Notes: generated by a model not told the origin, from the sequence alone. A stretch of DNA of 63,235 nt, filler included, from Reticulomyxa filosa (GCA_000512085.1; 27 parts of 27 records of this genome joined end to end with filler, not necessarily neighbours in it); one strand, 5' to 3'; positions 38,313 through 51,747 are shown, numbered from the whole stretch's first letter. A program made the numbers and translations.

Positions 38313-38533
38313 NNNNNNNNNNNNNNNNNNNNNNNNNNNNNNNNNNNNNNNNNNNNTTAATTAATTAANNNNNNNNNNNNNNNNNNNNNNNNNNNNNNNN
38401 NNNNNNNNNNNNTGGAAGGAATTGTTGATTGATTATCAGCAAATAAAAATTCTTGATGATTTGTGGAAGTTTATTCAAAAACTTTGAAAGTATTAAATGG
38501 TGTTTAATTTAAATACATTTCAATTTATTAAAC

Positions 38534-38905
38534 ATGGTAATAAACGGACATGGAGATGAAGATGATATATTGGTAACGAGTGAGGGATATTCCATTCCGA
38601 TTAATGAAATTCGGTCATTTTTTGATTGCAATCGAATAAATTCTTTGAAAGGCTGCCCTAAAGTATTCATTATTGATGTCTACCGTGGTAATATTGTTCC
38701 TCAAAATACAGAAAACATTCCAATAAAAAGGAAAAATAATACAGAACAAAACAACATGCATAATGACAATGTCTTTTTAATGATATGGTCAACAACAAAA
38801 GGGTATCAAGTGCTGATTTGTCATTACTCTGCAAGCATGAAAAATATAATTATTTCCAAATACAAAATTGGCTATCCTTTAAGTCATATGCTAAGAGAAA
38901 TTTGA
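38534..38905 (+). pseudogene. Caspase-like (peptidase C14) p20/p10 fragment with the catalytic Cys replaced by Tyr
   Basis: VINGHG (catalytic His), F.....SLKGCPKVFIIDVYRG (expected IxACRG; TAC at 38681), then DNVFLMIWSTTKGY matching p10 D.L..(Y/W)ST..GY. Stop at 38905, apparently premature. Confidence 0.85.
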
Positions 38906-41215
38906 GAAGATATTACTGCCTTTTGAAATGATATTGTAATATTTTTTATCGAGTTTAGTTTTCTGGAATAAATAAAAAAATCATTTTTATGTTCACCAGC
39001 CATGAATTGAACAATTAACAAAATCAATTTCAATGTATTGAACAAGTCATTTTGTCAGTCCGTGGTATAAAGTTTCCTGATTGTATTCAAACCAGAAATA
39101 GGACAAAAGAGATTACTGAAAATAAAAAGGAAAAGAGAATAAATAATTCTGTTCATAACAATGAATTTTATATTAAATTTAATGAAACAATAATAGTTGA
39201 ATAAAAACATTAAAAAAACAGGATGCACAGAACAACGTGAAATAAAAACAACACAACCACAATATAATCTCTTTCAATATCATTTTTGCACACAATACTT
39301 AAAATTTTTTTTTTAATTCTGAAATTGTACATTTTGTAACATTCCAAGGTCGTGGTATATACGTTTGCTTCTGCTGGTGCGGCAATAGCAGACCTTGCAA
39401 TAAGATCGAGACTCGATGATAATGCAATCAAAGCGTCTTTGGCAACCAATGCAAGCAGCGAAGAAGAAATAGAAGATACTCTGATACAACAGTGGCTCCA
39501 AGACTAGACCATGGCATCGATATCATCTCAAGTGCTCGATAACGACAATGGCGACGAAATGGAGCCAATAGTAATGGAAATAGATTGGAAGTCAGCATTT
39601 GTTACCTTGTTTTTATTTGTATTTAATATAATGACTTTGTCGTTGTTTAATGTTGAGCTATCGTTTTGTCTCAAGCACGATCCTTCATTCTTTATCGAAG
39701 CAATGTTGGTTCTCTTGTCTTCATCTGTACTTGTGTCTATGATGACGACTTTATGTATTTTGCGAGATGGAATAATCATTGAAAATACAGGTCATCATTT
39801 ATTTGCTATTACTGCAAGGATGAGACTTGTATTGATAATTTGCACGGATTGTGAGAAGATGGACATCATTTTCTTGACTCAGATGAGCCTTGGAAAGATT
39901 CACCAATTTGCGTTTGATTGATTGGAAATTGTACCACCGATATTGTAGACTGACTAATATTGTATTACGATCTAACTTCTTAATGTATCTTTCACATTGA
40001 CAGTACTCGCTGTTGCACATTTTATTTCCTGGATATCGTTTGCGCACCAAATTTTTAAAATAATTTTATAATGCCTCCATTCTCACCAAGACAGCAATAT
40101 TTGCTTCAACATTTCTGTGCGTCATCCTCTTCTCCATTTGCAGTTCCACTATCTGCACCACATGTGGACTTAGCGTATTTAGTTCTTGCAAAAACAACAA
40201 ATAATAAATTAATTCAAATTGTTTAGAAAAAGACAAAAAATAATCAATATTCTTTTAACTTTAATCTTTTTTCAAGGGTATTCGAATCAATAAAGCAAAT
40301 CATTTCCTGCTACTTGACGATAACCACAGTTTTTATCACCAATCAATTTGCAGTAATATTTTCCACCAAATCAACACGAAAATCATATCAATTGTACCTT
40401 CCATGCATCTTTGGTGTGGAGTTACATACTCATTATCATAAATGCATGTAAAAGGATGTGACCAAAATTGTGCATTGATGAGTTGGAGTGAATAGTGAAA
40501 GTAATATGTACCAATCTGAATATTGTTGCATGATTGTAAGCACATAATAATTCATTGTCAATTGCGTTTCTTTTCCATACATATCATCCATAACCACTCA
40601 AATTCTTGGTGAAACAGATTTATTGTGTTAATTTCCTTTATTCGCATTATCTTTGCATCTCTCGATAATTTCACACTTCATTGTCAGTTATTATATTCTT
40701 GATATCACAATCCTATTGGTCCACTTTTTTGCTTCTTTTCTTCTCCTTTGATGTACTCTTCTCATCTTCCTTTTTCTTTCATTACAAACCTACAATTAAA
40801 TGATCCATGTTCACATTGTCTTAGTCAAAACATTTCACAACAACTGAAAATATGATAAAAAATAACATATACCTTCAAATGAAGCTGTTATCCTTCGTGN
40901 NNNNNNNNNNNNNNNNNNNNNNNNNNNNNNNNNNNNNNNNNNNTTAATTAATTAANNNNNNNNNNNNNNNNNNNNNNNNNNNNNNNNNNNNNNNNNNNNA
41001 ATTCGAGTGTCTTTTCGACGTCTTACAAGTTGACCTTCGATGCATTTATATACAGGTAAATCACATGGATAGAAAGACCAAATGGAAAAAAAAATTGTTT
41101 ATGAAAAAAAAGTGAGGTTTACGTATACCAATAGATAGTAAGTGGAAGGATTGATTGCAAATAGATTGATTTGATTTAAAAAGCATATTTTTAAAAAAAC
41201 AAAAATAATATTGTA

Positions 41216-41990
41216 TTGGAAACTGGCGAACTAACGATTATAAGGACACTGCCATTGCAAACTATGTCAACAATCAGGAACAAGTATAAGATCCAAGACA
41301 TTGTTCGCAATAAACTGTTCCTGGCACCACGTCTCCACCAACACCGAGCTCAGCCAATACTATTTGCAGCTGTAGCAAATTTACTTTTTCAATACTTCGC
41401 TGCCCAAACTTCGCCAGCAATTTTGAAATTATTGTCCAAAACTGCAATGTTAAGTTATTTTTTTTACTTCTTTTTTTAAAAAACCAAACAAACAAAAAAA
41501 TTTGTATAAATCATACGATAATGCAGGTCCAAAATTACTTTCAATGATGTGGTGCCGTTTATAATTGGGACATGAACAGACGACAATGGAGACTTTAATG
41601 GTCAGACCAGTTGCAATTGCTGTTACAGCAAAAAGGCAATCGTCATCGTTTAATTGCGCAGTCCATGCTTTTAAGATGATAGAAGCGCTGCTGGCGCAAA
41701 TGAGAAACGGTCATAACGCTTCTGACGAGCAAGTATATTGCAAGTCGGTCGTGATGACCATTCTCTTTTACGCAAGTCAGCACTCCTTTCTCAAATGTGT
41801 GGACTTCAATGTCACTTAAGCTGTCAGCACAAATTTACACACAAATTAACATAAAATTGCTCGCTTGCATCCACACATTCATCTGGCTCCTAGCTGTGTG
41901 AAAATGATCTGTTACAAACTTCCAAATAATGACAAGTGGCTATCCCAATACAATATGTCGACGATATCATGTGATGCTGCCAAGTTATCT
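41216..41990 (+). pseudogene. Fragmented hypothetical coding region
   Basis: Several short protein-like + strand frames separated by intron-like A/T tracts and stops; no recognisable domain. Confidence 0.3.
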
Positions 41991-42100
41991 TTGTTTTTTT
42001 NNNNNNNNNNNNNNNNNNNNNNNNNNNNNNNNNNNNNNNNNNNNTTAATTAATTAANNNNNNNNNNNNNNNNNNNNNNNNNNNNNNNNNNNNNNNNNNNN

Positions 42101-43618
42101 CAGAGACAGAAGCAGAGACAGAAGCAGAGACAGAAGCAGAGATCGAGATAGAAACAATGACAAAGATAAAAACCAAGACAAAGACCAAAAAAGAAAACAG
42201 GACGTAAAAATGGAAGAGAAATCGAAAGTGGACGAAAGTGACAAAGACAAGCAACAGAAGAAAGAAGACGACGAAGAAAAGTCGAAAGAAGGCGACAAGA
42301 AGAAGAAGAAGAAGAACAAGAAGAACAAGAAGAAGGGAGATGAAAAGGACGAGAAAGAAATGGACGTGGAAGAGGGCCCGGCAATACCGGTGAACTCATT
42401 GGTAGCCCGTGCGCGTGAAGTGAACAAAGAGAACGTGGTGTCACTGTTGAGAGAGTTTTCGTATTTGAGCCAGTGCTACTCGTACATTCGCAAGAAGCTG
42501 CTGGACTTTAGCGATCGCACGCGCGACACGGAGGAGCGTGTATCGCAGCTGACAACTCTGGGCTTTTCGCGACATGAGGCACTGGTGGGACTGCGTCAGC
42601 ACCAGAGCAACGTGGCTTTGGCAGCCGAGTGGCTATTCGAAAACAAGGAGCAATGCGCGAACATGACCGCGACGGACCCGAAGGAGGCCGCCACGATCCC
42701 CGCGGAGGCAAAGCACATTATCGCTGAAAGCGCGCCCTTGGAGGATGTATTATGGTGGTATGAGGAGTTGCACTCGGTAGAGGCGGAGGCGGAAGTATTA
42801 AGTCGTCTACAAAACGCCTTGGAACATGAAGGTCAGGTAGTATTCAGTCCTGACTCGCAACGCAGCAACTATGGCAAAATTATGGAGCGACTCTTGTCTT
42901 TTCGACAACAAAAGTTTAGCTTCGCCGATACGTTGATCCCCCATGCCGAAAAATTGCTCAAGTCTTTGCGCGTTCCCAAGTCGGCCAATCTTCGCTGCGC
43001 TGTGCTCGGTGATGCCAGCGGCAGCATGGAGGTGGCTATCAAGTCGGCGTCCATTATCGCTTCTTTGCTTAGTGTCGCACTCGACGCTGATCTCACCTTC
43101 TTCAGCGATCATCCTTTCCCTCCTCCCGTCACTCCGCGCAATGTCAAACAGACCATTGAGGTCGTCGAAAAAGTTGAGGCCAGAGGCGGTACTTGCATGG
43201 CCAGCGCCTTGCATAAGTACTACCAAGAAAGACAGGTCATTGACTTGTTCATCTTAGTCAGCGACGAAGGCGAAAATGAAAAATACAATGGCCATTGGTT
43301 TCATGAACTGTTTCAAAAATATCTTACTGAAGTCAACAACAATTGCAAATTGTTCTTGGTCTCCTTTGTCAAAGTTGGTGAAGACGGCACAATTATGCAA
43401 CGTCTTCGATCCGCAAACTTGACGTGCAAACAATTCAGATTGCATCCGGAACACCCCGACACCAGCAAATTTGATAGTCTGCTTGGCATGGTCACTCTGA
43501 CACTTAGGTTATTCAAGAAAGTTTTGACACCGTGTTGGACTTTGTTGTCGCTAATCATGGATACTCCAAAAACGATGGCGCCTTAGTCGCAGATGTCATT
43601 TTTTCTTATATCAAATGA
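42101..43618 (+). CDS. UBA domain + TROVE-like/vWA (MIDAS) protein, 3' part
   Basis: UBA: VSQLTTLGFSRHEALVGLRQHQSNVALAAEWLFEN. vWA: AVLGDASGSM (DxSxS), GGT, LVSDEGEN. A likely late frameshift gives ...VIQESFDTVLDFVVANHGYSKNDGALVADVIFSYIK* (TGA 43616-43618). Confidence 0.85.
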
Positions 43619-44086
43619 TCGAAACAATCATACCTTTTCAAATCACTATTTTCCTCTTTTACATTTTTTTCTTGGATAAATGTGTTTTACTTTGCTTTGT
43701 TAAAAAAAAAAAAAATTCTTTTTTGAATGTAGTGGGGATTCTTTGTAATTTTTTCCGGCGTGGAAAAAGTTTATTCCTTTTAATGAAACATAACCAACTT
43801 TTTTGAAATATTTTGTCTACATCCTGCTTGAAATTTGTGATTCGAAAGTAAAACACAAAAATATGAACTTTTGGGTTGAAGTTAGAAAACAGGACCAAAA
43901 AAAAAAAAGCGTATATTTTTATATCAAAGTAAATTCTATTACTTAAAATTTTCAAGCAACACATACAATCTACAAACATCTTTTGTTAATAAAAGTGGAT
44001 AAAACAAAACAAAAAAAACGAAAAGAAATAACACCTGGTGTCACTATTTATTGAACTGTTGACAGTAGAAAAATGCAGCGAATCTC

Positions 44087-45561
44087 TCACAGCAAATTGA
44101 TATTTGGGAGCAGAGGTTCAATAATGATTTCATCCTTAATTTCATACTTTTGTTCTAGGATGGAAACTTTGGTGTTTTCAGATATCCAAACAAATAGTAC
44201 GATATCGTCGGCGGAAATGCTGATATGTTTGGTTTTTGATGCTCGGAACCACCCTTGAGGAAAATGGCCCTCTAATATTCCTCGTATTGTGTCTAGTCGG
44301 AGAAGGATAGTATCATTGACCTTCCACAGTCCTTTTGGATTCGAGTAATTGGACTCCACAACAACAGAGCCTTTCCATACGCTTCCTTTATTAAATATAA
44401 TCCCACATTCGGAATTTTTGGGTAAGTTAACAGTGAGACCAGAATGCATGGTGTTCAATGAAGGTCTAATGCTTTTCACAGCCTTTTTGGAACACCAGCC
44501 AACCGCAAAATGGGGAGTAGTGGTATTAGCAGCGTTGGGATCATTGAACTGAAATTTGAGTTTCCATTCGGCCATCAGCCCTTTCAAAGGGTGAGATTTT
44601 TTGGGGCTTTTGTGATTTTTGATTGCAAACTTTCGTCTTTTGTTGACACTTATTGCATCGACAAACTGAACCATACGATCGTCATGACTGCTGTTGATCA
44701 CCGTCATTCCATTGTCTTGCACTTTGACTTTTCCTTTTTGCTTGAATGAAAGTTCTATGCATCACAATGGCATGCATGTACAAATATAATAAATATATAT
44801 ATATATGTACATATATATATATATATATATATATTACATGCAACGTATACCTATATACATATATGTATATCAATTCATGAAAATAAACTGAAAGGAGATG
44901 TGAGCAAAGGGACAGGAACACTCCATTGCCCCCAACCAAATGTGTTTTTTCTTGAATGCGGACAAGATACAAGGCACCAGGTACCAGTCCATCCAAATAC
45001 AAAGCATTGTCTTGGTTTGCATCGACGTCTGCTTTAGTTGCCTTGCGAAGATGAGACAAGGACGACCGCGAATTGGAGCTGTGACGACTCCCGGACAAGC
45101 CCGATTTCCAGTCCAACTCCTCACTTCCAGCAACGACAGTGGAGACATAGTCAAGAAACCGTTCCTGCGTCTTGCTAAACACCGACGTGAGCATCGATAG
45201 CAGCCCCGCGTTTTGTTGCGCCGTTTTCGTCAGCAGCGACTGGCCCTCATTTATCAGCGGGTGGAACATCTTGTCGCAATGGATGCGACAATAATCCACC
45301 GAAAAGTGCGTCGGCACCAAGTTCGGGTGCACCGATCGCGAAGAGTACCAAGTGATCTGGTTTCCCCAAACAAATTAAAAAAAAAAAAAGGGGGGGTAAA
45401 ATAAAAGAAGCGCAAAGTGTACAACTTCACCCAATCTAAAAAACAAATAAACTTTGGCAAGGTCATATCCAGTGTCCAACACTTTGACAATTGGTGGAAA
45501 TGGTTGATCGCAGTTGTCAACTTTGAATGATCCCAAAATCTATAATATATATACATATATA
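44087..45561 (-). CDS. FN3-like + SPRY/B30.2-like protein, 3' exons
   Basis: FN3-like PTHFSVDY...LYLDGLVPGALYLVRIQ. After an AT-repeat intron, SPRY-like EWKLKF...FAVGWC...WKVNDTILLRLDTIRGIL. Confidence 0.55.
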
Positions 45562-45661
45562 NNNNNNNNNNNNNNNNNNNNNNNNNNNNNNNNNNNNNNN
45601 NNNNNTTAATTAATTAANNNNNNNNNNNNNNNNNNNNNNNNNNNNNNNNNNNNNNNNNNNN

Positions 45662-48322
45662 ATCAAATTAAGATAATTCAAACACAATTGAATACACTTG
45701 ATAATCGGAAATTAATAAAAGATCGATTGCATTTATTAGAGTATTTGTGTATTTCAACAGAAACTTCAGATGTTGTTGTCCAATGTTACAAACAAGTTTT
45801 TAAGAGATACGATTGGATGTCCGCAAACTTACTTGGTGAGATATCAGTGAAATTGAATGAACAACAATTGGATAATGTTATTGAATTTTTCATGGATGGA
45901 CTTGTTGACAAAGATCAAGATATTCATGAAAGATGTGCATTATTAATTGCAAAAATAGTATTGAACTTGAATGAGAGACAATTGAATAAAGTGTTTGAAT
46001 TTTTGATGAATGCCTTTGAGAGTGAAAAAATTACAATTTGTGATAAATGTGCACACGCACTTGCGACGATTTCATCACAATTGGGAGGAAAGCAGTTGGA
46101 TAATGCATTCCAATATATCATTCATAAGCTTCCTTCGAATTTTTATTCTTATAATAGGCCTCGATTTATAATGAAATTGAAAGAAAAACAATTAGATGAT
46201 GTTTTTCAAATTTTGATTAATCGATTATCTGATGAAAAGGAAAATGAATATTATCGTAACAAATGTGCAAAATTACTTGCAAAACTCTCAATAAAATGGA
46301 ATAGAACACAATTGAATGATGCTTTCAATTCTTTAAAAGACATGTTCAATAAAAATTATTATTGGAGGTATGAAGCACTTGAGATAATTACAGTGAAACT
46401 GTCTGGGAGACAATTCGATAATGCTTTTAATTATTTCATATTAAATTGTAAAGAGGATTATAAATATTATCTACTTGATGGAATTGTACAGAGATTGGAT
46501 GAAACACAAATGAATATTGCATTGAATTATTTTATGGATAAAGTAAATGATAAAAATGAACATCTAGATATTCGTTTCGAATACATTCAATTATTTAAAA
46601 AAATTTCAAACAAATGTGATGAACAACAATTGAATAAAATTTTTAACTGTTCAATGCATATATTCACTGATAAAAGTGATGATATAATTGTGCGTGTGGG
46701 ATGTATAAAATTACTTGAGATAATTGCAGTTGATCTAAATGAAAAATATTTCGGTGATACTTTTAAATGTTTGAAAAATGGATTAAAAGATAGTGATTAT
46801 TTTGTTCGATGCTCATGTGTAGAATCACTTGTAAAAATTTCAAAGAAATGGAATGATAAACAATTGGATATTACTTTTCAATGTTTGATTGATGGATTTC
46901 AAAATATAAATGGATATTATTGTGATACATCCAGAGATTTACTTAAAAAAATTGCAATAAAATTGAATGAAATACAAATCGATTCTATTTTCACACGTTT
47001 GGTCAATGGGCTCAAAGGTAACAATGAAAAGAATCGAAAATTGTATGTAGAATCTATTGGATTTCTTTTAATGAAATTAGATAAAAAACAATTGGATGAT
47101 GTTTTCGAATGTTTGAATGGATTAAAATATGAAAATGGGTGTATTCGTGAATTATGTAGAAATTCACTTGAAACAATTTCAACAAAATTGGATGATAGAC
47201 AATTGGATAGAGTTGTCAGTGCTTTCATTCATGGGTTAAAAGATAAAAATAAACATGTTCGTGGATCATGTGCAAAACCACTTGGTATAATTGCAATAAA
47301 AGCGAGTGAGAAACAACTGGAAAAAGTCGTTAACGTTTTGATGAGCGGATTAAAAGGGAAAGATAAATATGTTTGTCAATCATGTGCAGAATCACTTGGA
47401 GTAATTTCAGAGAAATTGGATGAGAAACAGCTAGAAGATGCAATTAATACTTTGATCGATGGATTGAACGCTAGCAATGAATGTATTCGTAAATCATGTG
47501 CAAAATCGCTTGGAGTAATTTCAACAAATTTGACCGATAAACAACTGGAAGATGCAATTAATACTTTGATCGCTGGATTGAGCGATAGCAATGAATATGT
47601 TCGTGAATCATGTGCAAAATCACTTGGAGTAATTTCAACGAATTTGATTGGTAAACAACTGGAAGGAGTGTTCAATGCTTTGCCAAATGAGCAGAAATTT
47701 AACCACTTTAATTCATATAAAAAAACGCTTAAAGAAATTTCAACGAAATGGAATGAAAAACAATCGGAGAGGATTTTCAACGCTTTGATATTTGTTTCCA
47801 AACATTCTTTCAATAAAAGCAACGACAAATTTGAAGATAGATTATTGGTGGAATTACTTGAATTAATATCAACGAAATTGAATGACAAACAATTGTATTT
47901 ATTGGTGATACATTTGTTGAAAAGAGCAAAAAAGAGATATATATATTATCTAAATGCATTGTCAAAAATTTCCGAAGATATGTGGAAACGTGCAACAATT
48001 GGTGGATTGAAAGAACATATGCAGATGATCAAAAAACAAAATATGCGGCAAAGATTGTTGAGTAATGTGAATAAAACAATAGAATTGTTGGCCTTCAGTT
48101 TGATGATATTCAATCCTCGCATTCAATTGAACTGCAATGATGATAATATAACTTTGGATGATTTGAACGAATTAATCAAGTATTGTGATAAACAAGCTAT
48201 TGAATGGAAATTTCCAACTCATCAATTAAAATGGAATAATAACAATAATGATAGAGATATTCCATATCCTTGTTTAAATGATGAAATTGAACAAGTTTCT
48301 AATGATGAGAATGCATACAAAG
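45662..48322 (+). CDS. HEAT-repeat solenoid (~38-aa units) of the NACHT-HEAT family; internal fragment
   Basis: Uninterrupted frame of ~880 codons with repeats xQLxxxFxxLxxGLKDxxxxVRxSCAxxLxxI. Paralogous to 3695-4926 and contiguous in sequence with 5027-5660. Confidence 0.93.
47422..47649 (+). repeat. Two near-identical 114-bp tandem HEAT units
   Basis: EKQLEDAINTLIDGLNASNECIRKSCAKSLGVISTNLT / DKQLEDAINTLIAGLSDSNEYVRESCAKSLGVISTNLI. Confidence 0.95.
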
Positions 48323-48631
48323 NNNNNNNNNNNNNNNNNNNNNNNNNNNNNNNNNNNNNNNNNNNNTTAATTAATTAANNNNNNNNNNNNNNNNNNNNNN
48401 NNNNNNNNNNNNNNNNNNNNNNGCATAATATTCCAATGCGATGTGTTCGTTGCACTAAAAAAGTCTCGTTATTCAAAAAGTACAGACCTGAAAAAGCTAT
48501 CAGCTTTGTGTTGTAAATAAGTGACTCATCCTTCAAAACTTTTCGCACTTTTTTCAACAGTAGCTGAAGGGTTTGACAAATTCTAGAAAAAGATTTTCAT
48601 CAAGGTTGGGAGTCAAATTTCTGTTATTAAG

Positions 48632-49700
48632 ATGATCCATTATATTATATTGGGAGTGTTTCTGATCTGCCCACGTCAATTAATAGCGTCATTGCAAGAT
48701 GCAAGAATAGTAGACGGTACCCCAACCGACGGTAAAACTTTTCCATACATGGCATCGTTGTATACAGAAAAGAAAAATAGCAAAATAAACTTTTGCGGCG
48801 GTGCATTGATCAAAAGTACAAATCCAGCCATTGTTTTAGTATGTATTTTTTTTTTTGTACACCCCAAAGCGATAAAAAAAAAAAAGAGGAATAGATAGTG
48901 TGCATGACCATATCAAACAAGGGCATTGCGTTGGTATTTGAAATAGACAGCAGGACATTGTTTATATGGCGATGAAAAAAATGATGTAAGAGCCAAAAAT
49001 CCAGATTACACAATGAAAGCGGATATAAGAAGAACAAGCTTGAAAGATGACGAAGAAACAGGATATGAGTCATTGATATGGAAAGACTTGTACATCCACT
49101 CCAAGTTCAATGCAACCACCTTAGAAAATGATATTGGCTTAATTCTTATGGAAAATGCTAATCTGGATACAAAGCATATGGAGGAGGCCCAACCGCGACA
49201 TTGTAATACGCAGACATTGAGGTGACCGACTTCGATATTTGTTCCAAGTACATTGCCTTATGAGTCTACTATTACACTTCGAAGGGCGCTAATTACACAA
49301 AAAATTTCAACTACAGTCTTGTCGATTGGGACTCTGTTTCCTATACTTCAACTGGCTCTTATCTTTTTCCAGGTTTTTTTTTTTCAAAAAAAAAAAAAAA
49401 AAAAAAAAGAGTACTCTTCGGATCTGTGTCATTTGATTGCTAAACACATGTACATACATATCCACATAAATAAAATAAAACAGTAAATGTATATATTGTA
49501 TGATAGGAATGCTTTGTGCATATGATCGCAAACGTGATGCTTGTCAAGGTGCCTTATTTTTGTTGGTGTTTTGTTGCAGCCTTTGTCTCCTGTTTGTTTG
49601 TTTGGCCGGTTTTGTTCTGTCCAACCAAGCAGTGGGGGGGGGGACCTTTGCTGAAAGGGCATTCCAATAATGGCAAACAAATTTGGATCGTGTCATGGTA
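48632..49700 (+). pseudogene. Trypsin-like (S1) secreted serine protease, decayed
   Basis: Signal peptide, R|IVDG activation site, FPYMASL, FCGGALI, TLENDIGLI (Asp102) and degenerate GGGPL..QIWIVSW. No intact TAAHC or GDSGG; stops present. Confidence 0.8.
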
Positions 49701-50062
49701 TGTGTATTTTGCAATTGACTGCCATTATTCAAATGCATTCACTGATTTTTTTAAAATTCTTTTCTTTATACACAAACATATATATGTATATCTGTATATA
49801 CACATATACATATATGTGTATATATGTCACAGGGGATTTGAATAATAATAATGACAACAACACCAAAAAATAAACAATGTTCCAACAACGTGTTATCAAT
49901 GGAATCTTAACGTTGACTCATTTCAATTTTTTTTTTTTTTTTTTCCAATCCTTCCCTTTCTTCTCTCCTTGCACTTTTTCTCACAACTTGCAAACATAAA
50001 CTCGCATTAGTAACGAATGATACCATAATCAAAGCAGGCGAGATTTAAACCGTAAAAATAAA

Positions 50063-50179
50063 ATGGATTATGCGTTGCAAGACACAACTGACAGAATTGC
50101 TCATGTTGCACATCTTGGCGGCTATATAAGTGGTGCCTATTTCTATTTCCTTGGAAATTGTTCTCTTATAAACCCCTAG
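50063..50179 (+). pseudogene. Isolated rhomboid protease C-terminal fragment (TM6)
   Basis: DRIAHVAHLGGYISGAYFYFL contains the AHLGG catalytic-His motif. No upstream rhomboid exons recognised. Confidence 0.6.
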
Positions 50180-50864
50180 TGTCCAAAGTGGAAAATACAT
50201 AATTCAAATACCGTATTGGGCAAAAAAAAAATTTTAATTTTGGGCGTTAAGGAGGACAAAAAATTTAGTGAAGGGTTCCAACAACCTTCAAAATTAATAA
50301 AAAAGAAAGTAAAGCAAAAATCATGACTCCAATTTTAATCTGTGTTTTTTTGGTTGGAAAAGTGCAAGAAAAAGTGACCACTGAATGTTTTTTTTTTTGT
50401 TCAAACGAACTTTAACTTGTAACTGGATGTTTGACAAAAATATATTTAAGCTTTTTGAAATTTTATATTTTCAATATTTTTTAACAATTTGCGAAGGGTT
50501 AACTAGTTTTGCAGTTATGAAATATTAATTATTTTTTTGGCCCTAGGAAAAGTTGTTCGTGATTGGTTGCTGTACAATTAGCTCAGCAAAAACTCAAATA
50601 TTTAAATTCAGATTATGTTTTACAATACGTTAATTATATTTTTATTTGTTCGTTTTATTTTCAATAAAATATTATTGTTATAATCCTCAAATCGCGTAAA
50701 CAAAGATTTTGATGTTGACAATAATTTCAAAATAAAATATCAATTTTTGTTTTTAAGTATTTTTNNNNNNNNNNNNNNNNNNNNNNNNNNNNNNNNNNNN
50801 NNNNNNNNTTAATTAATTAANNNNNNNNNNNNNNNNNNNNNNNNNNNNNNNNNNNNNNNNNNNN

Positions 50865-51747
50865 CTAATGTCAATGTCAATGCCAGTGCTAATGCTAATG
50901 CTAATGCTAATACGAATGCTAATACGAATGCCAGTGCGAAAGATAGCAAGGATGAATTTGGATTTGGACAATGGGAAACAGAGAATACGGATGATGAAGA
51001 TGACGACAATGGGAATGAAAATGAAGATGATACGTCGTCGTCACGCCGCCCTCGCAAAAGAAACCAAACTGAAATGAATAAAGAAGAGTGGTGGAGAATT
51101 ACCGCCAATGGCAGCATGCCTATTAACAAAAAGCGAAAAGGCCTGTTTGGTCTGTCCATTGAAGAAATGGAAAATCAAAAGGATCGCGACATTTGTTGGC
51201 AAGATTATGGTCTGCCGAATGATGATGACCACAAGCGTGGCGTCCCTTTGGTCCAATATCAACAAGACGAAAATGACGACTCTTCCATGCAAGAACACAT
51301 GCTCGACACTATCACCTCGTATCAAATGGCCAGACATGCCAACAAGTTATTTTTTTATTCATTTATTTAATCTTGCTCATTAAAAAATTCATACCAAAAA
51401 AAAAAATATGTATACAAATTAGGCCTAAAATTGAAATAAATTTGAAACGAGACAAAGAAATAATCAAAAAGGAAGAACAAGTTGCAAAAGATGAAATAAA
51501 AAAACACAAAGAACGAGACAGAGAGTTAAATATGACGTTTGAAGAGAGATTGTTCAATAAAAAAATGAAAGAAGAAGAAGAAAAAAATACTCAGAGATTT
51601 AATGCTTTGGAAAATTTGAAAAGCGAGCAGGAAACTTCCGCCAATGACGCCAATAATTTGCTTGCATCCTCTACAGTTGTTCAATTCAAAAAAAGAAAAC
51701 ATTTTTACAAAAAAGCACCTCTTGACGCTGCAATCACGGAGGCTTAA
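50865..51747 (+). CDS. Hypothetical protein C-terminus (acidic region + coiled coil, ends VVQFKKRK); intron ~51346-51422
   Basis: Continuous frame NANANT...DEFGFGQWET...MARHANK, then PKIEINLKRDKE...EA*. Confidence 0.65.

Noticed and set aside
50174-50547. Possible MITE bounded by cctag..ccaaa inverted ends
   Set aside because: The inverted match is short and imperfect in AT-rich DNA; no TSD or second full copy seen.
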